Of a DNA stretch of 57,468 nucleotides, positions 21,618-30,734 are shown piece by piece. Below the pieces are notes generated by a model. That model did no database searches. It was not told the DNA's origin and worked only from the letters and a program-made list of their open reading frames with translations. The first letter of the stretch is position 1, and each line of letters starts with the position of its first letter. Both the position numbers and the translations under genes were made by a program. The DNA lies in NCBI GenBank assembly GCA_025453955.1, contig JALOPJ010000003.1:1-57468 (forward strand), given 5' to 3'. The stretch comes from Candidatus Edwardsbacteria bacterium. GTDB taxonomy: Bacteria; Edwardsbacteria; AC1; EtOH8.

Positions 21618-22114
21618 GGCGTGCCACCGCCGCGATAACCCCGCTGCCCCCGTTTCAGCGCAGTCTCTTCGTCCACCTCGTCCTGCCAACCGTTGCGGGT
21701 CGTATGGATGTGGTCGAACTTTTCGGAATAGGGTTTGATGTCCAGCAGCGGCGTGCCGTCCAGGATGTCTGCTCCATCGAACTGCAGGTTGTTGCCATCG
21801 ACCTTGACCAGTTCCACCACGCTCAGACCGATGGGATTAGGCCGCCAGGGTGACCGAGTGGAGAAAATGCCGTGTTCGACATCCTGCAGGAACGGTCTCG
21901 CGATCAGCTTGCCGGGGCCGGCCTGGTGCAGATGGTAGATCAGATAGATATGAGAGTAGCCGTCGAGATCCTTAAGCCCCTGGGCGAACTCAGGGAAAAT
22001 CTCGGCGCGGCCCAGGCACCCCTTGGCATAGGCTGGCTGGATCGGTGTTTCTTCGGCTTTTACGTGGCAGCTGCGGATGATGCCGATCGGACGAAAGCAG
22101 ATCGAATCGCTCAA
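21614..22114 (-). CDS. trmO: TsaA/TrmO-like tRNA m6t6A37 methyltransferase
   Basis: PIG.I, GIFSTRSP.RPNPIGLS, DILDGTPLLDIKPY. Confidence 0.85.
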   Translation of the reverse strand: MSDSICFRPIGIIRSCHVKAEETPIQPAYAKGCLGRAEIFPEFAQGLKDLDGYSHIYLIYHLHQAGPGKLIARPFLQDVEHGIFSTRSPWRPNPIGLSVVELVKVDGNNLQFDGADILDGTPLLDIKPYSEKFDHIHTTRNGWQDEVDEETALKRGQRGYRGGGTP

Positions 22115-22473
22115 ACCCAGTGCCCCTCGACGTTGGATGATTCCGCCTCTGGCAGCTTGCCGGACAAATAGCGCTGGAGCGCCTCGGTCACCGTCGGCGC
22201 ATCGCAGTTGTACACTTTCACCCCGGCCGATCGCAGCACTTGGAACGCCTTCGGTCCGCAGTGGCCGGTGACCAGGGCCTGGGCCCCGGACTGCGCCACC
22301 GTGGTCGCCGACTGGATGCCGGCACCCTGGGCGGCATTCAGGTTCTGCTGGTTGTCGATCACCGAGAATGTCTCGGCTTCCAGGTCATACACCAGGAACT
22401 TGGGCGCGCGGCCGAACCGGCTGTCCAGCGGTGAGCTGAGCTGGTCACCCGATGTCGTGAATGCAATCTTCAT
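22111..22473 (-). CDS. NifB/NifX family protein (Orange-protein-like)
   Basis: MKIAFT..DSRFGRA..GAGIQ..TGHCGPKAF..EGHW. Confidence 0.9.
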   Translation of the reverse strand: MKIAFTTSGDQLSSPLDSRFGRAPKFLVYDLEAETFSVIDNQQNLNAAQGAGIQSATTVAQSGAQALVTGHCGPKAFQVLRSAGVKVYNCDAPTVTEALQRYLSGKLPEAESSNVEGHWV

Positions 22474-22506
22474 GTGCCTCCATCCTCAATATGAGATGAT
22501 CGTTGT

Positions 22507-22947
22507 TCAGTTGTAGTCCTTCTGGATGTCATCGGCCTCGTTCATCAGCGGTCCAGCTAATTCCTTCATCGCAGCGTCATTCCAAAACGGCAGTCGGCGG
22601 TGTACGTCCATGTATTTCTGCGGGATAGGATGGGTGCCGATGACGACGGGCAGGCCGTACCGCTCCTCGATGAAGGCCTTGAACGGGCGGATATTGGGAC
22701 AGGGCGGATACCCGACCACCATCCCGGTCGCCAGATGGATGGCCTGGGCTCCGTTTTTCATCATCTCCTCGGGCACGTACTCGACATTGCCGCCGGGACA
22801 GCCGCCGCAACTCGAATACCCCACGACCTCGACCGGCTCGCCGGCAGGATACCTCGCAAACCCGCCCTTCCGCTCGCGGATCGAGCGAAAACATTTGCCG
22901 CCGCCGCAGCCCTGGTAGCGATGACAGGTAATGATGCCGATCTTCAT
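22507..22947 (-). CDS. CGGC domain protein
   Basis: CGGGKC, SCGGCPG, PPCP, GTH. Confidence 0.9.
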   Translation of the reverse strand: MKIGIITCHRYQGCGGGKCFRSIRERKGGFARYPAGEPVEVVGYSSCGGCPGGNVEYVPEEMMKNGAQAIHLATGMVVGYPPCPNIRPFKAFIEERYGLPVVIGTHPIPQKYMDVHRRLPFWNDAAMKELAGPLMNEADDIQKDYN

Positions 22948-22977
22948 ATCCCCTCCGTCTCAGCGTATTAGGGAACA

Positions 22978-23018
22978 ATCTGCCACGGGTGCATGCATCG
23001 CAGGCACCCGTGGCAGAT
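22978..23018. repeat. Long intergenic palindrome
   Basis: 15-bp perfect stem ATCTGCCACGGGTGC/GCACCCGTGGCAGAT. Confidence 0.8.
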
Positions 23019-23067
23019 CGTGCTTTCAATGACCGCGCGATGCGGTCACCACAGTCTGGTCTGGAGC

Positions 23068-23430
23068 TTACTTGCCCTTGGTTTCCTCTCCGGTGCCAAG
23101 CTCCGTCAACCGCGTCTTGATGGAATCCAACGCGGATTGCATGGCATCAGCCTGAGCCCTCAGCGCCCGGCGTTCCTGTTCGGGCGTGATGGCCGGGGCA
23201 GCGGGCGCATTGCCACCGAAGCGCATCCAGCCGGGCAGGCCGGTGGCAAAGAACTGGTGCCGCCATCCACGGCCACCGCCGCCGAAGCCTCGCCCATAAC
23301 CTCCCCGGCCCATGCCCCTTCCCGATCCGTTGTTCGCGAATCCCGCCATCTTGTTCCCTGCGCAGAAACCTGCTCCACGCCCCGTCATCGGTCCCATCCC
23401 CATGGGTCCGGTTCCATCACCTCTCGGCAT
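23068..23430 (-). CDS. DUF5320 family protein
   Basis: MPRGDGTGPMGMGPMTGRGAGFC, Gly-rich linker, C-terminal coiled coil. Confidence 0.88.
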   Translation of the reverse strand: MPRGDGTGPMGMGPMTGRGAGFCAGNKMAGFANNGSGRGMGRGGYGRGFGGGGRGWRHQFFATGLPGWMRFGGNAPAAPAITPEQERRALRAQADAMQSALDSIKTRLTELGTGEETKGK

Positions 23431-23460
23431 AGCAGTACTCCTTTATCTGGTTGATTGTTT

Positions 23461-23649
23461 TTACTCCTGCCTTCTGAGAGAGATCCCGCACTTCGGGCAC
23501 TGCCGGTGGTTGCAGGGTACTCCCCGCTGATGAGGTTCGCGGTAGCCACAAACCGGACAGACGCAGAATCCTCCCGGCCCATGCTTCTTGGGATCTTCGC
23601 TTCCCGCGGCGTGGAGTCTATCGTCATGTTCGCCGAGACGGTCTTTCAT
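23461..23649 (-). CDS. Small Cys-rich metal-binding protein
   Basis: GPGGFCVCPVCG..PHQRGVPC...CPKCG. Confidence 0.8.
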   Translation of the reverse strand: MKDRLGEHDDRLHAAGSEDPKKHGPGGFCVCPVCGYREPHQRGVPCNHRQCPKCGISLRRQE

Positions 23650-23659
23650 CGCCGCGAGT

Positions 23660-24154
23660 TCACTTCGTATCGGTTCGCGAATCGTCCGGAGTGCGTTTCT
23701 GGCATCCCGGGCAAGTGCCGTAGAACGACATGTCGTGATCGGTGACCTGGTATTTGTACTTCATCGCCAGATGCTGCTCCAGTTTATGCACCAGCGTCAG
23801 TTCGTCATCCTCGAAGTCCATGTAGTTGATCACCTGGCCACACTGACGGCAGATAAGGTGATGATGGTGATCCGGCCCCCCGGCCTTATGATTCAATTCG
23901 TAGCGGGATTTGCCATCGCCGACGTCGATCGATTTGATATGTCCCCCGGACCGCAGCAATTCCAAGTTCCGGTACACCGTGGCCAACCCGATCCCGGGCA
24001 TATTATCGCGGACGTGGAGGAATATTTCGTCAGCGCTGAGGTGGCCTGGTTTGCTGGCCAATGTCTTATAAATGGCTTCCCGGGGTGCCGTCATCCTGAA
24101 TCCGCAGCCAAGCCCCCGCCAGCCATGATTGCCATGTCTACAAGGTCGGGGCAT
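23660..24154 (-). CDS. Fur-family transcriptional repressor
   Basis: RMTAPR, HLSADE, IGLATVYRNL, HHHHLICRQCG, CPGC. Confidence 0.95.
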   Translation of the reverse strand: MPRPCRHGNHGWRGLGCGFRMTAPREAIYKTLASKPGHLSADEIFLHVRDNMPGIGLATVYRNLELLRSGGHIKSIDVGDGKSRYELNHKAGGPDHHHHLICRQCGQVINYMDFEDDELTLVHKLEQHLAMKYKYQVTDHDMSFYGTCPGCQKRTPDDSRTDTK

Positions 24155-24167
24155 ATAACCTCTTAAT

Positions 24168-24215
24168 GATTATAATTATCATTATCATTATACACAAGCG
24201 AATAGCATTTGTCAA
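24168..24215 (-). promoter_or_regulatory. Consensus sigma70 promoter with Fur box over the start site
   Basis: TTGACA-N17-TATAAT (24187-24215) then GATAATGATAATTATAATC (24168-24186), 17/19 to the classical Fur box. Confidence 0.88.
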
Positions 24216-24279
24216 GGGGATAATGAGTGTTTTTTAATGATGCTTTCGGAAAGCCCGCCAAGGACAAAATGGCGTAAAA

Positions 24280-24310
24280 ATACCCCTCAGCGAGCAAGCT
24301 GCGGGGGTAT
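24280..24310. terminator. Hairpin at the inner edge of the island 1 arm
   Basis: ATACCCCTCAGC..GCTGCGGGGGTAT, followed by T-run on minus strand. Confidence 0.55.
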
Positions 24311-24506
24311 GAACCATCTTGGGAGGATATCGATGGCTTCTAAACCATGAATAATTGATCAGCCATGTTTGGTGTCCAAAAAGTGTCCACTTGTAGGCCA
24401 AAATAGGTTTAAATCTACTTAAAGTATATGTTCAATAACAAAGCGTATCTTATGACATGCAGTTGTAATGCTGATTATTGCAAATACCTGTATTTTCGAT
24501 GGTTTT

Positions 24507-24551
24507 GCTTTACGAAAGCCCTGCTCTACCAGCTGAGCTACGTCGGCTTGA
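24507..24551. repeat. att-like direct repeat copy 2 (tRNA-Thr 5'-half fragment), junction of the two islands
   Basis: Identical to 10884-10928; GTGTCCA pairs on both sides (24372, 24383, 24605, 24616). Confidence 0.95.
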
Positions 24552-24637
24552 GTTTGGATCCGAATGGTTTACACACCGGACACTGCATTCCGTAGATCTC
24601 CATGGTGTCCAAAATGTGTCCATCCACCTAACACATT

Positions 24638-24666
24638 ATTTTACCATTTTTTAGTGCGCTTGTCAA
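24638..24666 (-). promoter_or_regulatory. Second element-borne tRNA promoter, now upstream of the truncated tRNA half
   Basis: TTGACA-N17-TAAAAT. Confidence 0.75.
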
Positions 24667-24719
24667 ACATGTTTCAGCTGCTCCCGAGTACCGATCATCT
24701 GCCCCTGCGCGCACGAATG

Positions 24720-24752
24720 AAAAAGCCCCCGAGCGGCGAGGCTCAAGGGCTT
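24720..24752 (-). terminator. Terminator after cargo 2
   Basis: AAGCCCCCGAGC..GCTCAAGGGCTT with T-run on minus strand. Confidence 0.6.
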
Positions 24753-24772
24753 GTGCGTTTTTTGACGGATTA

Positions 24773-25268
24773 CTACCGGTGGCAATCATGCCCGGAATGG
24801 CAGCCACCCATCATCCCGTGTCCGTACATCGGGCCGCACACGGTTTTCATCTTCTTCTGCTGCTCGGCGGTCAGTATCTTCCGGCAATCCAGCATGTGGC
24901 TCAGCCGGGCGTCCTCGATCTTCTGCCGCAGTACGCTGATGGCCTTCGCCTTGCCCTTGATCCCGGAATCCCCCGCGTTCGAGTCCATCAGATCCTGCAT
25001 CTCCATACATGCGATCTTGAGATCGGCTTCCATCTTGATCATCGCAGTTCGGTGCTTGCTGGCCAGGTCATCGATATTCTTGACCTGGTCCTCGCTCAAG
25101 CCAAGCTTCTTGGCCATTTCGGGGGATGTGCAGCAATTGGCCCGGCTGCGCCCCATCATCCCACGCCCCACTCCCGAGTGGTGCTGCCCGCCCATGCCCG
25201 GCATGTCATAATTCTGGGCATTCATCCCGCCCGGATGGCAATCACAGGATCGTGAATATTTTCTGCAT
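24773..25268 (-). pseudogene. Spy/CpxP-like periplasmic protein, frameshifted in its signal peptide
   Basis: AAGGAG + ATG at 25268 gives MQKIFTIL-stop; the body (LGLSEDQ...ILTAEQ) is in another frame; 496 nt is not a multiple of 3. Confidence 0.7.
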
Positions 25269-25296
25269 GGTCTTCTCCTTCCGTTGGTTATTTCTG

Positions 25297-25506
25297 TTAC
25301 TTGCCCAGGTGCGCGATCTTCTCCTTGACCGCCGTCAATTCCGCTTCCAGGTTGGCCTGATAGCCCTTCAGCATCTCGAGCTTCTCGGCCTTGGTCTTGA
25401 ACCGGCGCTGGAAACCCTGGCCCTGACCGCAACAGCCTGAGTCACCGTGCCCGCCGCAGCCGCAATCATTCCCGGAATCATGATGGTTACCGCATCCGCA
25501 ATCCAT
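25297..25506 (-). CDS. Small Cys/His-rich coiled-coil protein (DUF5320-like)
   Basis: MDCGCGNHH..CGC..CC..RRFKTKAEKLEML..LEAEL. Confidence 0.75.
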   Translation of the reverse strand: MDCGCGNHHDSGNDCGCGGHGDSGCCGQGQGFQRRFKTKAEKLEMLKGYQANLEAELTAVKEKIAHLGK

Positions 25507-25542
25507 GTGAACACCCCCTTTCATTCTATCTGTAGTTTGTCG

Positions 25543-26766
25543 TTATTGGCTCCGCAATGCCTCTATCGGGTCCAGTTTCGATGCCTGCCGGGCAGGATAC
25601 ACCCCGCCCACAAAACCAACCGCCATCGAGAACGCCAGCGTGATCAGCACCGACGGCACCGAGATGCTCGTCTGCCATGCGGTCACCGCGCCCAGGAACG
25701 CCGATCCCAGCATGCCGAACACCACACCGGCCAGTCCGCCGACCGCGCTTAAGACGACGGCCTCAGAAACGAACTGTGTCAGAATGTCCCGGCGTCCGGC
25801 CCCGACCGCCATCCGCAACCCGATCTCCCTGACCCGCTCCCGCACCGACATTAGCATGATGGCCAGGATGCCGATGCCGCCGATCGCCATGGATATTGCG
25901 GCGATGCCCGCGATCAGCAGCGTGAAGGTCTCCCCGGTCTCCTTCTGGGTCGCCATCACGTCGGCCTGGCTCTGGACCAGAAAATCGTCATCCTTGCCCC
26001 GGTCATCTAGACGGTGCCGTTCCCGCAGCAGAGCCCGCACCTGTTCCTCAGCCTGGGTCATCGCCGTTGCGTCCGCCGCTTGCAGGTATACCGTGCTGAG
26101 ATACGGGACGTTGAACACCCGGCGCAGTCCGGTCAGGATGGGAATCAGTATCAGGTCGTCCTGGTCCATGCCGCCGACATCTACCCCCTTGGGTTCCAGC
26201 AGCCCGATGACCACGAACGGCACCTTGCCGATCAGGATCGTCTGGTCCATCGGGTCGACATCGCCGAACAGATATTTCCTGACGGTCTGCCCGATCACCG
26301 CCGTCCGCCGCAAACCCGTGTTATCCTCGTCGCTGAAGAACGATCCGGCCGCCAATCGGTAGTTCCTGACTTGCTGGTATGCGGCAGAAGTGCCGATAAC
26401 GGTTGTGCTGTACCCGACAGTGGAAAACTTCACTTGGAGCTTCTTCGACTGGGCCGGGGCGGCGGCGATCACGGCCGGGCACTCTTCGGCGATGGCGCGG
26501 GCATCTCCGATGGTTAGGGTGGTCACGGTGCCGCGTACCTGCGACCGCCCCGACATCTTCCGGACCTGCCCGGCCGAAACGGTCAGGAGATTCTTCCCCA
26601 TGGAATCGATCTTCGCCATTACCTCCTGCTCAGCGCCCCTGCCAACTGCCACCATGACGATGACCGTTGTTACGCCGATGGCGATGCCCAGTAGCGCCAG
26701 ACCGGTCCGCAACCGGTGCAACAATAACTGGCGGCGTGTAAGCGCGATGCTGCGGGTCAGTTTCAC
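25543..26766 (-). CDS. MacB-family ABC transporter permease
   Basis: LALLGIAIGV, GGIGILAIM, SVRERVREIGLRMAVGA, PIEALR. Confidence 0.93.
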   Translation of the reverse strand: MKLTRSIALTRRQLLLHRLRTGLALLGIAIGVTTVIVMVAVGRGAEQEVMAKIDSMGKNLLTVSAGQVRKMSGRSQVRGTVTTLTIGDARAIAEECPAVIAAAPAQSKKLQVKFSTVGYSTTVIGTSAAYQQVRNYRLAAGSFFSDEDNTGLRRTAVIGQTVRKYLFGDVDPMDQTILIGKVPFVVIGLLEPKGVDVGGMDQDDLILIPILTGLRRVFNVPYLSTVYLQAADATAMTQAEEQVRALLRERHRLDDRGKDDDFLVQSQADVMATQKETGETFTLLIAGIAAISMAIGGIGILAIMLMSVRERVREIGLRMAVGAGRRDILTQFVSEAVVLSAVGGLAGVVFGMLGSAFLGAVTAWQTSISVPSVLITLAFSMAVGFVGGVYPARQASKLDPIEALRSQ

Positions 26767-26785
26767 GGCGCGTGGCGGTACAAAT

Positions 26786-28003
26786 TCACCCGCGTAAGGC
26801 CTCAACTGGTTGGACCCGGGCCGCGCGTTTGGCTGGCTGGTAACCCGCCACGATGCCCACCGCCCCGGAGAACACCAGGCCCATCAAGACGCTGGCCCAG
26901 GAGATCACCAGCGGCATCTTGCTGAGTTGCCGCATCAGGCCGATGCCCAGCGCTCCCAGCAGCAGCCCGAACACGCCGCCGATCAGAGTGATGACAACCG
27001 CTTCGGCCAGGAACTGTTGGCGAATGTCGCTGCTGCTGGCACCGACCGCCATCCGCAAGCCAATCTCCCGCCGCCGCTCGTTCACGGACAGCAGCATCAG
27101 GTTGGCGATGACGACACCCCCGGCAATCAGCGAGATGGCGGAAACGATGATCAAAAGCACATTGAAGGTACCGGCCACCTTTTTCGCCACCTTGACGATC
27201 TCGGTCGGCGTGATCAGGGAAAAGTCATCCGGCTGGCCGGTCGCGAGCTGATGGCGGCTGCGCAACACCGTCCTGACTTCCTCCGCTTTTTGCTCGATGG
27301 AACCCGACCCGCCGAACCGCACCCGTACCCCCGAGATATAGTCGACATTGTCGACCCGCTTCATGAAGGTGCTCAGCGGCACGAAAATCCGGTTGTCCAT
27401 GTCGCCGCCGCGCGGGCTGGTGCCCTTGGATTTCATCAGGCCCTTGACCTCGAAGGCCACGCTGCCGATCATGATCCGCTCGCCCACCGGGTCGGCCGTG
27501 GAATCGAACAGGGCCTTGTACACCGTGGTGCCCAGGACGCAGACCCGGTTGAGACCTTCCATGTCTTCGTCGGTGATGAAATCGCCTTCAGTCACGTCCC
27601 AGTCCCAGACTGGCACCCACGACGGCGTCACACCGAAGATGTTCGTGGTTGCCGTCCTGTCCAGATACTTGATCTCGACCCTGCCTTTTTGGCCCATCGG
27701 GGCCACGCCCACCACATCGGGTACCTCGTGCGCAATGGCATCGACATCATCGACGGTCAGGGTGTTTGTCGGTGTGCCGCCGCTGGGTTGTGTGACCTCG
27801 CCGCCGCCGGCATGGATCATGATCGCCGACACGCCGAAGACCTTGACCCGGTCCATCACCCGCTTCTGCGAACCCAAGCCGGCCGATACCACCATGGTCA
27901 ATGCGGCAATGCCGACGACGATGCCGATCATCATCAGGAACGAACGGAGGCGGTAACGCCGCAGGCATTTCAGGGCGGTGCTGATCGTCCTATTTGTTCT
28001 CAT
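26786..28003 (-). CDS. MacB-family ABC transporter permease
   Basis: RSFLMMIGIVVG, SVNERRREIGLRMAVGA, PVEALR. Confidence 0.93.
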   Translation of the reverse strand: MRTNRTISTALKCLRRYRLRSFLMMIGIVVGIAALTMVVSAGLGSQKRVMDRVKVFGVSAIMIHAGGGEVTQPSGGTPTNTLTVDDVDAIAHEVPDVVGVAPMGQKGRVEIKYLDRTATTNIFGVTPSWVPVWDWDVTEGDFITDEDMEGLNRVCVLGTTVYKALFDSTADPVGERIMIGSVAFEVKGLMKSKGTSPRGGDMDNRIFVPLSTFMKRVDNVDYISGVRVRFGGSGSIEQKAEEVRTVLRSRHQLATGQPDDFSLITPTEIVKVAKKVAGTFNVLLIIVSAISLIAGGVVIANLMLLSVNERRREIGLRMAVGASSSDIRQQFLAEAVVITLIGGVFGLLLGALGIGLMRQLSKMPLVISWASVLMGLVFSGAVGIVAGYQPAKRAARVQPVEALRG

Positions 28004-28730
28004 TGCGCACCTCCTGCTTGGGGATCTGGTCCAGGGCCAGCGCGGCATCCTTGGGGCTGGCATTGGCCTGGTCGCTGACGATGCTGCCATCGGTGATCTT
28101 GATGATCCGCTTGGCGTACTCGGCGATATCCGGCTCATGGGTCACCAGCACCACGGTCTTGCCCTGCTGGTTCAGCTGTTGGAACAGGGCGATGATCTCG
28201 TAGCTGGAACGGGTGTCCAGGTTGCCGGTCGGCTCGTCGGCAAAAATGATCTCCGGCTGGTTGACGATGGCACGGGCGATGGCCACCCGCTGCTGCTGGC
28301 CACCCGACAGTTCGCCGGGGTTGTGATGGATCCGGTCCTTGAGCCCGACCGATTCCAGCGCCTCGCGGGACAGCCGGGTGATGTCCGCCTTGTCGGAATA
28401 GATCAGCGGCAGCTCCACGTTCTCCAGGGCATTGGCCCGTGGCATCAGATTGAATGACTGGAACACGAACCCGATCTTCTGATTCCGGACCTTCGCCAGG
28501 GCCTGGTCGTCCATCTGGCTGACCTCCTGGCCGTCGAGCAGCAGCTGCCCGCCGCTGGGCTTGTCGAGGCAGCCCAGGATGTTCATCAAGGTACTCTTCC
28601 CGGAGCCGGACGCGCCCATGATGGCCACGAACTCGCCCTGCTGGATCTCCAGGTTGACCTCCCGCAGTGCCTGGACTGAAGCCCCGCTGCCCTTGTTGTA
28701 GGTCTTGGTAATCCCTTTGGCCTGAACCAT
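27990..28730 (-). CDS. ABC transporter ATP-binding protein (MacB/LolD type)
   Basis: [26 protein letters not shown]. Confidence 0.96.
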   Translation of the reverse strand: MVQAKGITKTYNKGSGASVQALREVNLEIQQGEFVAIMGASGSGKSTLMNILGCLDKPSGGQLLLDGQEVSQMDDQALAKVRNQKIGFVFQSFNLMPRANALENVELPLIYSDKADITRLSREALESVGLKDRIHHNPGELSGGQQQRVAIARAIVNQPEIIFADEPTGNLDTRSSYEIIALFQQLNQQGKTVVLVTHEPDIAEYAKRIIKITDGSIVSDQANASPKDAALALDQIPKQEVRNENK

Positions 28731-28757
28731 GCTGTGCTCCTGTATATTTGGTAGTTG

Positions 28758-29033
28758 TTATCCGTTTTTCTGCGGAATGCCAATTTCCTTCTTCATCTGC
28801 TCGTATACCTCTTTGTCGATCTCCCCCGCACAGTACCGCTTATTGAGTATCTCCAGCGGGCTGGCCTGGGTGCCATCCGTGTTGTAGAAAAGGTCAGACG
28901 GCTGCTTGGGGCTTTTCCTGAAGATCAAGGCACAGACGAGAGCAATAACGATGATGCTGCCGGTGATCGCGAACACCCACCACAGACCAGCCCCGCCTGC
29001 TGCAAAGTGCATGTGTCCCATCGTTCCCTCCAT
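28758..29033 (-). CDS. SHOCT-domain membrane protein
   Basis: One TM, then PLEILNKRYCAGEIDKEVYEQMK. Confidence 0.85.
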   Translation of the reverse strand: MEGTMGHMHFAAGGAGLWWVFAITGSIIVIALVCALIFRKSPKQPSDLFYNTDGTQASPLEILNKRYCAGEIDKEVYEQMKKEIGIPQKNG

Positions 29034-29048
29034 CAGTTGTTGTTGCGG

Positions 29049-30116
29049 TCAGATATCCTTGCCATTGGACCCGGACACGATGATAGTGTCCCCTTCCTTA
29101 AGGCCGCTCAGAATCTCGGTGTACGTAGCATCCTTCCATCCCGTTTTGACGGGTTTCGCCGTGCCAGTCCTGCCGTCCGGGACCAGCACGTACTTGCCGC
29201 CCTTGCCCCGCTTGATCGCCGTCGTCGGGACCGCCAAGACGTTCTTGTGCATGCCGAGCGACAGAGAGACGTTGGCCGTCATTTCCGGGCGCAAGGTCTT
29301 CCCTTGGAAATCCTCGATCCGGATGGTCACGATATAGTTGACCACGTTGTCCTGGATCACGGCGGCCGGGTAGATGGCGGTCACCGTGCCCTTGAAGTCG
29401 TTCTCCATGTAGGTGTCCACCGTGAACGACGCCGACTGCCCGACATTGATTTTCCCGATATCGGTCTCGTCGACGTAGGCGCGGACCTCGAGCTTTTTCA
29501 GGTTGATGATGGTGACGAACGTTGGGGCCGAGAAGCTGGCCGACACCACCTCGCCTTCCTGCGTCGACACCGACGCCACTACGCCGGATATGGGCGCGGT
29601 GATGCGGGCATAATCGAGCTGTATCCTCGATGATTCCAGGTTGGCCTGCGCTAGCTTCAGCTGGGCCTCGGCAGCCTTGATGTTCTTCTGGGAAAGGTCG
29701 TATTCCTGGCGGGATATCAGCGTCTGCTCGAACAGCGCCTTCTGCCGGGCGCTTTCCGACAGGGCGTACTCCTGCGCGGCCTGGGCGGTGATCAGCGCGG
29801 CCTCGCTCTGCAGCAGCTTGGCCTTCAGGTCCAGGGTGTCCAGCTGGGCGATCTGCTGACCGGCCTTCACGTAATCGCCGATGTTGGCGTACAGCTTAGT
29901 GACGATGCCGGATATCCGGGAACCGACCTTAACCTCGGCCCCGACCATCGGCTTGATGATACCGGTGGCCGTCACCGATGAGTTGATGTCCCGGCGCGCC
30001 ACGCTGACGGTCTGCAGGGCTGCGGATTCCTTCTTCCCACACCCAGCAAGCCCCGTGATGACCAACCCCGACATTAGAGACGTGAGGATAACCGTTCGGT
30101 AAAACTTGCCCCGCAT
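29049..30116 (-). CDS. MacA-like periplasmic adaptor (MFP), lipoprotein
   Basis: LAGC lipobox, VGSRISG, ITAPISGVV, VDETDIG, LRPEMTA. Confidence 0.93.
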   Translation of the reverse strand: MRGKFYRTVILTSLMSGLVITGLAGCGKKESAALQTVSVARRDINSSVTATGIIKPMVGAEVKVGSRISGIVTKLYANIGDYVKAGQQIAQLDTLDLKAKLLQSEAALITAQAAQEYALSESARQKALFEQTLISRQEYDLSQKNIKAAEAQLKLAQANLESSRIQLDYARITAPISGVVASVSTQEGEVVSASFSAPTFVTIINLKKLEVRAYVDETDIGKINVGQSASFTVDTYMENDFKGTVTAIYPAAVIQDNVVNYIVTIRIEDFQGKTLRPEMTANVSLSLGMHKNVLAVPTTAIKRGKGGKYVLVPDGRTGTAKPVKTGWKDATYTEILSGLKEGDTIIVSGSNGKDI

Positions 30117-30185
30117 ATCAAAGTCCCATCGAAATGTGTGAACAGCTAACATGATGAACGAAAGAAACGTTGAATCGAATGCAAC

Positions 30186-30734
30186 TTATCCCTTTTCCTT
30201 CTGGGGCGCACTGATGACGAACTGCTTGTCGCGCAGATACCATTCCATGATGAAACCGATGGCGATGAACACCGGCAGAGTGAACAGCGTCCGCAGCAAG
30301 GAGAACTTGAGACCCAGGAAACCGATCTCGAACGTCAGCATCGGGATCTTCATGGTGGAGAACGCGCCCAGATAGATGAAAATATTCCTGACGCCACAGC
30401 CTTTCTTCCAAAGCAGGTAGGCCACGGGGAAAGCCCCGTACAACGGCCCCGCCTGCAGCATAGCGAGCAGGATCACCCAGAACGTCCCGGTGAAACCCGA
30501 TCCGGGGCCGATATGCCGCTCGACCTTCTCCTTGGGCAGCCAGACGTCGATCAGCCCGATCAGGATGAACATCAGCGGCAGGAACGCGATCATTTCCGAG
30601 AAGAAGGCCCAGAAGTTCCTGCCCGCGCCCAAGCCGAAATCCCATGCGGCCAGGCGCGAGACCAACAGCAACGACCCGAACGCCAGGGCCAGTAAATACT
30701 CGCCCACTCCCAGCTTTTCGATGATCTTCCTCAC
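30186..30734 (-). CDS. Predicted permease (DUF318/ArsP-like half)
   Basis: Hydrophobic, QAGPLYGAFP, KIPMLTFE. Confidence 0.75.
   Translation of the reverse strand: MRKIIEKLGVGEYLLALAFGSLLLVSRLAAWDFGLGAGRNFWAFFSEMIAFLPLMFILIGLIDVWLPKEKVERHIGPGSGFTGTFWVILLAMLQAGPLYGAFPVAYLLWKKGCGVRNIFIYLGAFSTMKIPMLTFEIGFLGLKFSLLRTLFTLPVFIAIGFIMEWYLRDKQFVISAPQKEKG

Larger units (their letters stand above)
10884..24551. mobile_element. Genomic island 1 in tRNA-Thr(CGT), no integrase seen; Fur-led Orp-like Fe-S/sulfur cargo
   Basis: Bounded by 45-bp direct repeats, AT-rich arms with GTGTCCA repeats, accessory cargo that looks less GC-rich than the flanks. Confidence 0.85.

Noticed and set aside
14413-22473. Nitrogen fixation cluster
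   Set aside because: NifX-like and NifU-like domains are present but no nifHDK or nifEN; this fits an Orp-like cluster.
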